A DNA stretch of 64,000 bases from Eledone cirrhosa (GCA_964016885.1 OZ024762.1:7936001-8000000), one strand, 5' to 3'; numbered from the stretch's first letter, positions 13,748-27,363 are shown. The notes: generated by a model from the sequence alone, not told the origin. Numbers and translations are program-made.

Positions 13748-14449
13748 TGATCTCGGGAATGTTACCCGCCCTAGATAGATATATTTATATATACGTTTGA
13801 ATGTATGTATGTGAATATATTGAGTGTCTGTCATATGAGGACCAGCAAGACCACTAATCATATACACAAATAGATACGCATATATACACACACACACAAA
13901 TATATACACATATATATACATACACACAAATATATATACATATATACACATACACACACATATATATATATATATGTAAATGTGAGTCCACACTGTAAAC
14001 GTGGTTGGTGTTAGGAAGGGCATCCAGCCGTAGAAAACTCGCCAGACAGTCCTGAGCAAGACAACCAATCTTGCCTCAAGTGGCACAATTCCCGTCCAGA
14101 CCCATGCTAGCATGGAAAATGGACGTTAAACGATGATGATGATATATATATATATATTGTTTTGAATTGAGTTTGGATTATTTTCCCACATCTTACGTTA
14201 ATTATTTTCCATTTTGACGTTATAGTCACTTATATATTATGAAATACTGTTGGCTTCACGCTCACAATAATTTCTATACTTTCATTTATATATATATATA
14301 TATATATACACACACAGAAACATATATATCATCATCGTTTAATATCCATTGTTCCACACTTTTCTTTTCCTGGCTGGAATAAAAGGACTAGCGTTTATAT
14401 GGCAATGGAAAAGTGAGTCGCAATCACAAATTTGTAACTATGGCTGCAG

Positions 14450-16070
14450 CCACACTCAATAAAATCTCATGCAACAAAGAAAAATACAGAAATATGCCCT
14501 CATAGCCCAGGAAACTGAGGGAGAATAAGAGTTACTGGTAATCTCGTTAACAGACCAGAAATAAACATAGACATCATGCAGTTCTCAGATGCTTAAGCAG
14601 ACGAGCTGTGGAAAACTGTTTGGTAGAGAGAAAGGCCTTCAGATTCACTGGTAGAAATAGTGTATGCAGAATCACAATGTCAATCAGATGACAAGCATTG
14701 TTAGTGCCCAGAAAGCACATCGCAGGGGCATGGTTAATGCCCTTGCAAAGGATAGTTAGGGCAAGTGAATGAAGGTCGGACAGCCTCAAACAAATGAACT
14801 GTCTACCTACAAGGAGCTCAAATATGCAGCACTGAGGAAGATGAAAAGCAAAATGAAGAAGGGACTGTCAAAGGAAGGAGAGCTCCAGCTACTTGCCAAT
14901 TTAATCTACCACACAGCTAAGGATATGTTTGGTACGCTAAGTGAAGATGGTAAGAAGGATGTGCCTGGAAGCAAAAGCCATAACCAGCTGCTTATACCTA
15001 TGTTAAGGTATTGTTCTCAAAATAAATACCATCAAAATCTCATAGATTTGATATTATGTGAGATAATTATGTAAGACAAAGCCTTTACTGTGAAAATACA
15101 ATAGTAAATATAGAGTAATATAAATGCTGTGCGAGATAATTATGTGAGGTAAAGCCTTTACCACAAAAATACAATAGTAAATATAGAGTATTATAAATGC
15201 TAAAGGATTAAAGATGTTAAGAGAATAGCTCAGGTGATAGTACCAAATGAGGTTCGTCGATGATCCTTATAAATATGAATCATCATCATTTCCATTTAGC
15301 ATCAATTCTTCCATGCTTGCATGGGTTGTCCATGCTGGGAGGTAAGTCTGGCCATGGTTGGCCATGTCACACCTTGCTCTGGCAAGGACTGTAAATTTAG
15401 CCGGGTGTTTTACAGCTGGATGCCCTTCTTAACACCAACCACATTTACAGTGTGGGACAGGATAGGATGGCTCTGTCATGAGAAGGGACAGGCCAGTTGG
15501 CCGCGCCGAACCCGTCTCACAACAGAACCACAGTTTGGGAGCCCGGTACTGGATGCGACTGATATGAGGAGCCTGACCCATCTCACAGCATAGCCACCCT
15601 TATTGGAGCCCGGTACTGGATGAAGGTAGATGGAAAAATATCCCTTGGGGTTATTGCTGAACGAATGATGACATTTCTGTTGACTATTGCCTACATCAAT
15701 GGCACGGTACAGGAAACTGGCATCTCAGGTGTATAGGAGTGAATAGAACATGTAAACATGATCTGAGATGCCATACAGACAGAAAAGAGGGGAGGAGGTG
15801 ACTTAGTAAATGCTTTCTGGTCTGCCCTACACTAACCGCTTGAGTTTGCTGTGGACCACTTCTGGATCCCTCCACTCCACAAGTAGGGAAACTCATGGTG
15901 AACTATTACAATAAGTCCTACAGTGTGTTTTACCACAAAGAACTTCACAATAGCATGGCACAAAATAGAGGAGGGATTGCAGCTGAGTGCACAATATTGG
16001 TCATATGGTTTATGTTTGCAATAGAAATCATCCTGCGAGGTACAATGTTTCAGGACTGTGAAATGAAGGA
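14450..16070 (+). mobile_element. Fragmented R2/HERO-like non-LTR retrotransposon remnant, interrupted by a MITE and SINE pieces
   Basis: C2H2-like CGKLFGREKGLQIH near 14605, LANLIYHTAKDMFG, and RT-like GIAAECTILVIWFMFAIEIIL (cf. HERO 'GI..GCTISVILF'). Confidence 0.45.
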
Positions 16071-16169
16071 GGCTTACAAAGCTGTGAAAAGAAGGAGGCT
16101 TACAAAGCTTGGCTTGGAAATAAGTCCTCCTTCTTGCACTTATGGTATAAGAAGGTTTGAAAAGTTGTT

Positions 16170-17822
16170 GCAGAAACAGTAAAGATATTCCTAAGTTAAG
16201 GCATAGGAGGACTTTGGATTTAAGCTGGAATCCAACTTCAGATCAGCAAATAAAGTATTCTGGCAGACCATCTTCCAGCCTTGTAATATGAAGTCCTCCT
16301 CCATGCCTGCTATCAGGAAAGTATTTGTTCTTTTCTCTTCAGAGAAGTGTACGCTCACAAGGTGATGAGAATACTTTGTTCTCCTAAACCTGATCCCAAC
16401 AGCATCTTCTAAAGTACATGAAGTGCATCTAGGAGCGAAGACTAACCTCAGGTTGAGGTCACAAGAGCAATTAAACAGCTCAAATGTGGTAAGGCATCTG
16501 GGGAGGATGAAATTTGGCCCGAGATGTTAAAAGCCTTAAATAGGTCTTTTCTGCCTGACTCACAAGTGCCATGTGGCTTAGAGATCTGGAAATTGGGAAA
16601 GATAATACCAATTTTCAAAAGGGAAAAAAAGAAATGGCTCTAATTATAGAGGGATTTCTGTGTTAAGCTTCCCTGGTAAAGTCTATGCTTAGTTTCTGGC
16701 AAAGAGATGTAGGAACATTGTCCAGTCCAAGATAACTGATGAACAATGTTGTTTTTACCCCTTACGTAGTACTGTTGACCAAATAGTCACACTGCAGCAG
16801 GTCTTTGAGAGAAATCATGAGTATTATCAAGATGTGAATGCTTGTTCCATAGACCTTGAAGAGGCATATAACTGGGTTCTGCAGGAGTATGAGATCGATG
16901 GACAGCTTATTGTTACCCTAACGTCTCTGTACAATTGCCCTTGTATTTGTGACCAGATAAATGGTGTTAAGTTGAAACCATTCAATATGGATGGCAGATT
17001 CCACTGAGAGTGCATACTGTCACCTCCCCTGTTCATAATTTTCATGAACAGGATTGACATGTGCAGCCCTGTTGGAAGTGGTCTGCAGACTGGCTAGTGT
17101 AGGATCAGTCAGCTGGTGTTTGCAGACGATATGATACTACTGAACTCGATAGGTCTGCTGCCGAGTGTTGCGAAGACCTTGACATTCCTCCTCTCAAGAA
17201 TGCCAGTGCAATGCACTCCACATTTGAGTGGAGTTCCACTGATGCAGGTGAAGCTTAAATATCTCACAAATGATGGAAGGAAAGAGGCTGAAGTGCAAGA
17301 ACTGCAGGAGCTGGTACAGTAATGCACCAGCTTCAGCATTTGGCAATCAGAAGAAGGGCGGTAGGTGTAAAAGCCAAACTCACTATCTTCCTCCCAAACC
17401 TTACCTTTGGTTACAAATTTTGAATAATGACTGAAAAATACAACAGTGAATACAAGTAGCCAAAATAGGGTACCTCCAAGAAGTCTTCAGAATAATGTTC
17501 TGAATAGAGTGCATAACATGAGGATGAGGGAGTCGCCCTAGGTAGAGCCGCCACTTCTCCGATTTGAGAAATCACAGCTCTAATACTACAGACGTGGCTA
17601 GAATGTCTCAAGAAAGAATCACTGGACAGATTTTACAGGGTAAAATCAACCGGCAGGAGACTCAAAGTTAGACCCCGAGCAAGATGGTTGGATAACATCC
17701 ATGAGCTCAGCTGGTCTTGCTTGGGGATCAAGCCATATGCTTGTGACAGGACCAGCTGGCAGGAGTGTTTGAGGAATCTACGCCAACAACCCTCCCAGAA
17801 ATAAGTGAGCAAAAGACGAAGA
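16170..17822 (+). mobile_element. Degenerate RTE-like LINE (second family) with RT remnants. 3' fragments at ~8085-8335, ~38030-38400(-), ~47360-47670, ~54500-54710(-), ~57920-58220(-), ~62350-62880
   Basis: Remnant motifs NYRGISVLSFPGKVY, RSTVDQIVTLQQVFE, IDLEEAY, LSPPLFIIFM and FADD, with many stops. Confidence 0.8.
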
Positions 17823-18294
17823 AAACACTGCAAACCAACCGCAGTAAGGAATAGGAGGGGATTTGGAAAGTCCCAGTTGACCAGGGCAGCAAATATCACT
17901 TCCCCCTTATTACCATCAAGAGACCTGACTTCGTCTTGTAGAGCAACAAAAGGAAGGTGATGCTTAGTCTCTTATGAGACAACCATCGATGGTGTATTTA
18001 ACAGGAAGTTGTGGTAGATAGTCACATCAGACTCACCTACCACTGTGTTGTTGTGCAGGAGTTTGCATCACTGCCTGATGAGACATTGACTCCTGCATTT
18101 AGAGATGGAGGTCAGCACCACCCTCACAAATGTGTTTACCAAGCATATATATATATATATAAACTCACACATATATATAAATATAAATACACACATATAC
18201 AGGCATATATATAAATATAAACACACATATAAATATATATAAACACACACACACATATACATTTATATATATATATATATACACACACACACAT

Positions 18295-18570
18295 AAAGCG
18301 CCCAGTCCACACTGTAGAATGGTCATGTAGGTGACACGACAAAAAGCACCCAGTCCACACTGTAAAGCGGTTGTGTAGGTGTTACGATAAAAAACACCCA
18401 GTCTACATTGTAAAGTGGTTGAGTAGATGTCACGATAAAAAGCACCCAGTCCACAATGTAAAGCGGTTGTGTAGGTGTCACGATAAAAAACACCCAGTCC
18501 ACACTGTAAAGTGGTTGAGTAGATGTCACGATAAAAAACACCCAGTCCACACTGTAAAGTGGTTGGCATT
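18295..18570. repeat. 48-bp SINE-derived minisatellite x ~6
   Basis: aaaaagcacccagtccacactgtaaagtggttgtgtaggtgtcacgat, running into the SINE tail. Confidence 0.9.
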
Positions 18571-20375
18571 AGGAAGGGCATCTAGCTGTAGAAACCAAGC
18601 CAAAATCAGTTCCCTGTGAGCGAAACACAGTCACCCGACCTGATCTCTCACAAAGAACAGCCTGTCCTACCCATGCTAGAGTGGAAAATGGACGTTAAAC
18701 GATGATGATATATATACACACATACATAAATACATATATTCTAAGAGCAAAAGAACTACTGGATGACACTTGTGTGAGATGTGTAATGCTGCATGGTAGT
18801 GAAATATGGGCAGTGATTGCAGATGAATGAGGAGACTGGAGAGAAATGAAGTAAACATGTTTCACTGGATGTGCAATGTAAATGTAAGAAAAAGGTAGAG
18901 CTAGGATGAACTGAAGGAGAAACTAAGGTATTCGAAGGGGTGTGCAAGAGAGAAAATTGCATTGGTATGGATATGTGATGTGCATGGATGCTGATCGCTG
19001 GGTGAAGAAGTGTCAGGAAATCGCGGTAGAGGTAGACTAAGGAAAACCTGAGCAGAGGAGATTAATGAAGGAACGTGGTGTGTGGAGAGAAGCTGTGCTG
19101 AAAAGGAACCACCCAACCCATGCAAGCGTGGAAAAACTGACGAAAACACCATCATGATGATGATATATATCATCATTTAACGTCCACTTTCCTTGCTAGC
19201 ATGGGTTGGACGGGTATATACATATACACACACTATATATATATGACCTGTATATAGTTTTATATATAGTTTTATATAGTAGTAACTTCTACAGGACCAG
19301 AACTGTTTCATTTGTATGAAATCATAGGAATGTTCTTGATTTCATACTCTACCAATGTATTGAGTTCCCTTTTTTAACTGCGGTTACCCCCCCCCCCCCC
19401 AACTAGGGAATATATATATATATATACACACACACACATAACATATTTATAGATACTGTGTTCCTACTGTATGAAACGTTCCACAAATAAATATATATAT
19501 ATATATACATACACAAATGGATACATATGTACACATACATACACATATATATATAATATATATATATATATATAAGAGAGACGGTTTTATTCGTATATCT
19601 TCATTTTAAGTGTATATACATGTATGTATATTACTGTTTTTATTGCTTGTAAACAAACCATTTTTTCCATCTACATAAACATAATAGCCATCTTTAATTT
19701 TGGAGGTTGAGATGGTAATGGTGGTTGTGGTAGTAGTAGTAGCAATGGTTGAATGAAGGTGGTGGTGGTAGCAGTGATGTTGTGGTGTTGGTATTAGTAG
19801 TAGTAGTAGCAGTGGTGGGCGTTGGTGTTGGAGGCGGTAGTAGCAGTTACGGATTGCAGATATGACAGTGGTCGAGAACTAGCTTATACAGATCATGTAT
19901 CGAACATACATCTGGTGGGCACGTTGTAATTAAACCAAACACACGAACGTCTTCTCACACACACTCACATATATATAATATATATATACTTACACACCCA
20001 TCAGTTCACACAGGGCTTCCGCATTCAGTTATCGATCTGCGGTTTGATAGTAAATTAACAACAAATTGCCTAGTATTACAATATCTTATTGCATAACACG
20101 TGGCTAGAATGTGTGAGGAGGTGTATATATACATATATACACATATGGACCCTTGTGAACAACACAATTATATATACATATATACAATTATATATATATA
20201 TTAAAGTGTTAAACAATATTCAATGATTATGTCAAAGAATGAGTTTTACAGTAGATTGGAAGCACTCAATGGAAAAATAATTTTCTGGAGTTATTAATAT
20301 TAAAATATAAGTATTAATACCTTGATTAAATCTTAACCATTTAACATCTCAGGATATGTCATGTATCATTATATT

Positions 20376-20420
20376 TTGTCTGATGAGGACGTACTGTTGT
20401 ACATCCGAAATATGTATAAT
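20376..20420 (+). ncRNA. Hammerhead core with strong stem II
   Basis: CTGATGA-GGACGTAC TGTT GTACATCC-GAAA. Stems I and III are imperfect. Flanked by a 23-bp inverted repeat (~20297-20319 / ~20452-20474). Confidence 0.55.
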
Positions 20421-20479
20421 GAAATGTAATTGATCAAAAGAACATCTATTTTATTAATACTTATATTTTAATATATTTA

Positions 20480-20522
<43 letters not shown>

Positions 20523-20565
20523 GTGCGTGTGTGTGAGATATATATAAGACAAAAATGTTTGAGTT

Positions 20566-20602
<37 letters not shown>

Positions 20603-20670
20603 AAAAGGTAAACAGAAATAATAACAAAATCGGTACAGTATATGGAAGGAATATATTAATTTTACGCTTG

Positions 20671-20707
<37 letters not shown>

Positions 20708-20936
20708 AGCCAGGTAAATATATGATGGAATTAAAAGGTGGTAGTGATGAAAGAATTAGAATCATCCAGTTTTGAAATCGTCAATGATGTGTGTGTATAT
20801 GTGTGGTGTATGTAGGTAGAGGACAGAGAAGGACGCCCATTACGAAGACTACAGTGAGAGAAGATTGAGTGAAGGGGAGAGTGTGTGTATGTATATATAT
20901 ATATATATATGAGGGAAAGGGAATGTATGTAAGAGA

Positions 20937-21020
<84 letters not shown>

Positions 21021-21114
21021 ATCATATATATCATTCATGATCATCATCGCCGTGTATGTGTGTGTGTAAGTATGTATAGATCATTGAGTGAAGGGGAGAG
21101 CATGTATACATACA

Positions 21115-21431
21115 CATATGTGAGGGAAAGGATGAGTGTATATAGATGAGTGAGGGGGAGTGTGTATACGTGAGCGATCGTAAAAGAGATGTTTATATAC
21201 ATACACACATATATATATATAGAAAAGCTTCTACAGGACTAGAACTGTTTCATTCGTGAGAAATCATCAGGGGCTTCCTGATGATTTCTCACGAATGAAA
21301 TAGTTCTAGTCCTGTAGAAGCTTTTCTATAATGTATATATATATATATATATGTATGTATATAAACATCTCTTTTACGATCGCTCACGTATACACACTCA
21401 CCCATCTATATACACTCACACTTTCCCTCAC

Positions 21432-21436
<5 letters not shown>
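21115..21436. repeat. ~320-bp imperfect palindrome
   Basis: Arms 21218-21271 / 21277-21330 are complementary with one G-U and a 5-nt loop. Complementarity continues through the (TA)n tracts into about 90 bp of unique flank. Confidence 0.95.
21273..21321 (+). ncRNA. Type I hammerhead ribozyme at the palindrome centre (mirror copy on the minus strand at ~21227-21274)
   Basis: GCTTC-CTGATGA-TTTC TCAC GAAT-GAA-ATAG TTCTAGTC CTGT-A^GAAGC. Stem I is GCTTC/GAAGC, with a GUA cleavage triplet at 21314-21316. The stem II closing pair is U-U. Confidence 0.68.
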
Positions 21437-21488
<52 letters not shown>

Positions 21489-21989
21489 AAAAGATAGATA
21501 GACAGATAAATGGTTGAAGGGAAAATACTGATGTTTCAATCAAACTCATGCTGGACTGCTATCACAAATGTCTCTTTAATTCATGGGCAGAACACACATA
21601 CATATATACATACTTAAACATACATACATACACACATACATACATACACACATATATGAACATACATACACACACACACATATATGTGCGTGTTTATATA
21701 TAATTTAGAAGGGACAAGGTGCTGTGTGGTTACTAAAAAACGAGTGTTTAGAAATATAAGGAAAACACAAACAAATATATATATATATATATATATTATA
21801 TACACCATGCAGACATACATATACATCGCTGTGTATATTTCGGTGGGAGGGGGAGCTTTAAACATATGTAATACGGTTTATGAGCAGAAAATATGATTCA
21901 TGGAAAAATAAAACAAAAAGAAAATTATTATTATTATAGCTGAGGAAAAACTAGAGGTTGTGAGGTTTATGCCTTTCCGAAGGGTGTTA

Positions 21990-22199
21990 TAAATATGAGG
22001 TTGTCATTGTTTAACCCTCGGCCAACCCACGATCGAGCAGATCATTAGGAATATATATATATATATACATACACACACACACACATATGTATGGTAAATA
22101 TATACATAACATACATATTTATGTATTTTAAGTCTACAACATTATCCAATGAGGTCAGTGTTTAACCCTCAGTCAGCCCACGATCGAGCAGATCATTAG

Positions 22200-22242
<43 letters not shown>

Positions 22243-22349
22243 TATGTATGGTAACTCTACAACATTATCCAATGAGGCTGTCATAGTTTAACCCTAGGCC
22301 AGCCCACGATCTAGCAGATCATTAGGAATATATATATATATATATGCAC

Positions 22350-22423
<74 letters not shown>

Positions 22424-22440
22424 GCTCTACAACACTATCC
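21990..22440. repeat. Three ~120-150-bp units with internal expanding microsatellites
   Basis: atgagg...gtttaaccctcggccaacccacgatcgagcagatcattaggaa(TA)n(CA)n...ctctacaacattatcc x3. Confidence 0.85.
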
Positions 22441-22774
22441 GAAGCTTCCTTTCCTTGTTTAGAAGTGGATAGTGTGTGATTTAGCTGCTACATCTAGCAT
22501 GTCGGTCAAACCCACACACAGAGCTACGAATCAGTAGAAGGGGGGGGGGGGGGGGGGTTTAACAACACTAAAACATTGATTACATTAAGTGGACAATAAA
22601 AGCATCATCAACATCTCATCACCATCATCATCGTCATAAATATCTAGTGATAATATATTTACAAAAAAAAAAAAAAAAAAAAAATTAACGACTGTTCAAA
22701 GAGCAACTTTAAAAAATGATTTTAATTTTTGAAGAAACATATTCAGCAGCTCATGTTGTAGTGTTAATTGATGG

Positions 22775-23260
22775 TAGTATTAGTAGTAGTAGTGATGGTG
22801 GAGGTGGTACTGGTGGTAGTGTAATAACTGCAGTAGCAGCAGTAGTAGTGGTGGTGGTGGTGGTAACATCAGTAGCAGCAGTGTAATAACTGTAGTAGTA
22901 GTGTAATAACAGTAGTGGTGACGGTGGTAATAGTGTAATAACTAGCAGTGGTGGTGGTAGTAGTGTAATAACTGTAGTAGTGGTAGTGTAATAACTGAAG
23001 CAGCAGCAGTAGTAGTAGTAGTGGTGGTAGTGTAATAACTGTAACAGTAGTAGTGGTAGTGTAATAACTGTAGCAGCAGCAGCAGTAGTAGTAGTAGTAG
23101 TAGCAGTAGTGGTGGTAGTGTAATAACTGTAACAGTAGTAGTGGTAGTGGTAGTGTAATAACTGTAGTAGTAGTAGTGTAATAACTGTAGCAGCAGTAGT
23201 AGTAGTAGTAATGGCAGCAGCAGTAGTAGTAGTAGTGGTGGTGGTAGTGTAATAACTGTT
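22775..23260. repeat. (TAG/CAG/TGG)n tract punctuated about 12 times by AGTGTAATAACTG
   Basis: Recurring agtgtaataactg separated by variable trinucleotide runs. Confidence 0.85.
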
Positions 23261-23412
23261 AGGCGAGCAATTCCAATAAAATAAAATCAGCAAAAGGAAG
23301 ACTACACTATATAGGTGACGTGATGGCGGCAGTGTTGGTGCTGGATGTAATATTAATAATGTTTTTAATAAAACATACACATGTATACATATAATGTGTG
23401 TGTGAGTATGTA

Positions 23413-23448
<36 letters not shown>

Positions 23449-23913
23449 TGTATGTGTGTGTGTGTTATTTTCCCCCACTTGGTTGAGTTTGTCTTCAATT
23501 ATTCACACATCATGCATTGAGCTCTCTATAGGAAGACTGCTCCACTTGTTCTACGTATTATGCCTAACTATATATATATATACACACACTATATATATAT
23601 TTACATCATATATATACATACATTTACATCATATATATATATATATACATACATTTACATCATATATATATATCCATAAATTTACATCATATATACTTAC
23701 ATGGACACTATATATATATATATATACATCAGATATATTTACACGGACACAATATATATATATATAAACACACATACAGGCACGCTTGAGCGATCAAGCT
23801 GAAACTTCGAAGTCACTACCTATTTTTTCCACTCACGAAATGAATTTCCACATTCTAGCCACCAGTATTGAGTGCTGATTCAGTTAACATTTGAATGTTT
23901 ATATATACATATA

Positions 23914-24000
<87 letters not shown>

Positions 24001-24460
24001 TATATATATATGTGTGTCCATCAGAGTCAGTTATAGTGTCAATTGAGTACTGTTGTTATGTAAATATATACAGGACGACTTTCTCCGCTTCTACAACACA
24101 TTCTCTATGGAGAGATATGTAGAGATTTCTTAAACAACACGGCATGACGTTGGTGATGACGATAGATGTGTCTGAGTGAGTGTTTACAACAGACATTACA
24201 GAGATGAAGGGGAGATAGGTGTTTGAATGTATATATGTATATAGTATATGGAGAGAGAGAAAGACGATGTAGGTGTGTGTATATATATATATGGGGATCG
24301 TGGGAGAGATGATGTATGTGTAATGCGTGTTTATATATATATATATATATATAAAGTTAAAACAATGAAATAAAAATTCAAGTCATTAGGAATGCGTGTT
24401 TATATACATAAATATATATATATATGAAAGATCATGCATGTGTCATGCGTGTTTATATAC

Positions 24461-24502
<42 letters not shown>

Positions 24503-24632
24503 AGGGGGTACATGTTGAACAAGTGTCATAAACGGGTGTCGAGAAACGGGACTTTATGGATGAGGTGTAAGGAAGAAGTAGTGAAGGTGGGACGACGATC
24601 GGAGGTATTAAACACACAACATACATACACAA

Positions 24633-24693
<61 letters not shown>

Positions 24694-25228
24694 GATGTAT
24701 ATATATATATATATATAAACATACATACATGTGTGTGTATTCGTTGCCCCCACCTTCCTTCATAAACTAACGCTGCCAAAGCTCTTACACCATCATCACC
24801 ATTAGAAACTCCAACAATTAGTATACACTACTCTACTGGCGTACTAGTGCCATAAACAGCACCACCAGCAATAGTAGCACTAGTAGAAGTAGTAGTAGTA
24901 TATATAGATTACTATCACAGCAGAAATGTAGTACAAGACACGAGAAAATATCGTTGATTGACATAGTCATCAATAATGTGTGTTGTTAGCCATAACACAC
25001 ACCCTCACAGCATTCATGGTGTCTCTATGAATAACAGCTATTTCTAACAGAACCTAGACCAGTAATAATACTAATATTAAACATGATGATGATAATAATA
25101 ATCTTTATTGCCACAGGGGAGGGGGGGGGGTCAGATGTATGTGGGTATGGGGTAGATCAGAGAGAGAGAGAGAGATAAAAAATACTGTGGAGGTTTAAAT
25201 ATGTATGTATGTTGAAATCGAATGCAAC

Positions 25229-25265
<37 letters not shown>

Positions 25266-26189
25266 CAACACACCATGTTTTAAAAATACAAGTCTGTATG
25301 TACACATACATATATGTGTGTGTATATATATGTGTATATGTATATATATATATATATATATACAAGCAGAAATTAGAATATAGAAGAGCCATATATAAAA
25401 TCTAACGAAAAGCTTGTATTGCTAACCTGATGGCCGTAAGAAGTGAGTGGATCTTTTGAAGTCAGAAGCAGGCCATTGGTGTTATAACGAGTAGGTCTCC
25501 TGGTAAGTAGCAAATAGCAGCAGTAGTAGTAGTAGTAGTGGTGGTAGTAGTAGTAGTAGTAGCAGAAAGAGTGGTAGTAGTAGTAGTAATACTACAACTA
25601 ATAATATTATTATAACTAGAAGTAGTAGTAGTAATATTATTAACTGTATTTCAATGTAGATAAAAACATGTGCTTCTGCACGGCAAAATAACTGGAGTAT
25701 CTATTCTTAATTTTGTATTTTACATCCAGTATACACACATATATATATGTATATATATTATATATGTGTGTTATTTATATATATACATATATATATATTA
25801 TATATATAGATCTATCTAGGAAGAGAGTCTCGATCTACGTATATACACAAATACATAGATGTGTGTGTGTTATACACATGTAATATTACACATACACACA
25901 CATCTATGTATGTATGTATGTGTGTGTATATATATATACATATATTTATATATACATATATATATATACACACACACAGTTATTACATAGCTCCCTACAT
26001 AGATACATTTATAGTAGTGTCGTTATTTACACTACTACTACTACTACTGTTGCGAGAGAAGGAGGAGATGATGGTGGTGGTGGTAGTAGTGGCAATAGAG
26101 GAGGTGGTGGTAATAGATAAGGGAGAGAAAGAAGGTAAACTAGCTGATGGGGAGTTACAAGAGGTAGACTAAAGAGGTGGTGGGAGGAG

Positions 26190-26320
26190 AGCACTCAGAG
26201 AGAGAGAGAGTGAGGGGAATCCAACAACGCATGCGTAGTGGGATTCCGACGCATGGTTGGTCGATAAGAGTCACGTGCAAACAACAACCTGGTTCATCCG
26301 GTGCCGTTTGTTGCAACACG
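26190..26320. promoter_or_regulatory. Candidate intronic promoter/enhancer
   Basis: CpG-rich unique block with a 32-bp near-palindrome (26216-26247) containing ACGCATGCGT (NRF1-like) between kB-like half sites. Also TCGATA and the E-box GTCACGTG (26270-26277), next to a (GA)n tract. Confidence 0.4.
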
Positions 26321-26569
26321 AAAATGTTAGCTACTACATAAGACACTTTCATAACACACACTCACATATATATATATACACACATATACATATATATATG
26401 TGTATATTTATATATACACATATAGATGTTTTATTTAATTAAGGGTCCAACGAAATTTATCTTTCCGTTGGTGAAGATGTTACGTTTATTAAACTGGTGT
26501 ATGTGTGGGGAGGGAGAGAGAGGTGGGCGGAAGCAGTGACTCTTAAATCCTTACACATATTCTACACGC

Positions 26570-26610
<41 letters not shown>

Positions 26611-26705
26611 ATGTGTGTGTGTTCACGTCTGTGTGTATTTATACATGCTGATGTTCAAATATCTAGCCACATACACACACGATCAGGGCAACCCGTTATA
26701 TTAAA

Positions 26706-26750
<45 letters not shown>

Positions 26751-27307
26751 CACGGTGTTCAACCTATATGTGTGTATATTATATATATTTATAAACACGG
26801 TGATCACGTATATGTGTGTGTATATATATATATATACACTAAGTGGGACAACGATAATCAACGGCAGAGAAGGTTTAAATCAGAAATATAAACAGTACTA
26901 CACATGTCATTTCTGATATCTTTGCTTAGCTTACTTCATACTTTCAAATAAACAATTATAAGGAAATAATTATACACACACACATATATATGTATATATA
27001 TAACAAAGGAAGTGTGGTAAGGAACCAGATGGACCATAACGCACCAGAGTACTCAATACTTAGGGTAGTAGAGTGGATAATAGGAAAATGTCCAAGACCA
27101 CGACGGCAGAGCTCAAGCCGTTTCGATGTCCAGAAATAGCCGTCGGGGTCTTGAACATTTTCCGATATATATATATATGTGTGTAACCACAGTAAGGTAC
27201 TCAATTATATAGTAGAGTATATACAATATGAATGAAACAGTTCTAGTCCTGTAGAAGCCATTTCCATATTAAATATCATATATATATATATGTGTGTGTG
27301 TGTGTGG

Positions 27308-27363
27308 CCGAACTGATGAGCTGGGAGAAGCTCAAATCCTCTTAGTGAAACACGTGTTTTCAG
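27308..27363 (+). ncRNA. Type I hammerhead ribozyme motif
   Basis: CCGAA-CTGATGA-GCTGGGAG...CTCTTAGT-GAA-ACACGTGT-T^TTCAG. Palindromic stem III (ACACGTGT) and an 8-bp stem II with G-U pairs. Confidence 0.7.

Noticed and set aside
18070-18120. CTGATGAG as another hammerhead (also 7186, 12552)
   Set aside because: No correctly placed GAAA with supporting stems.
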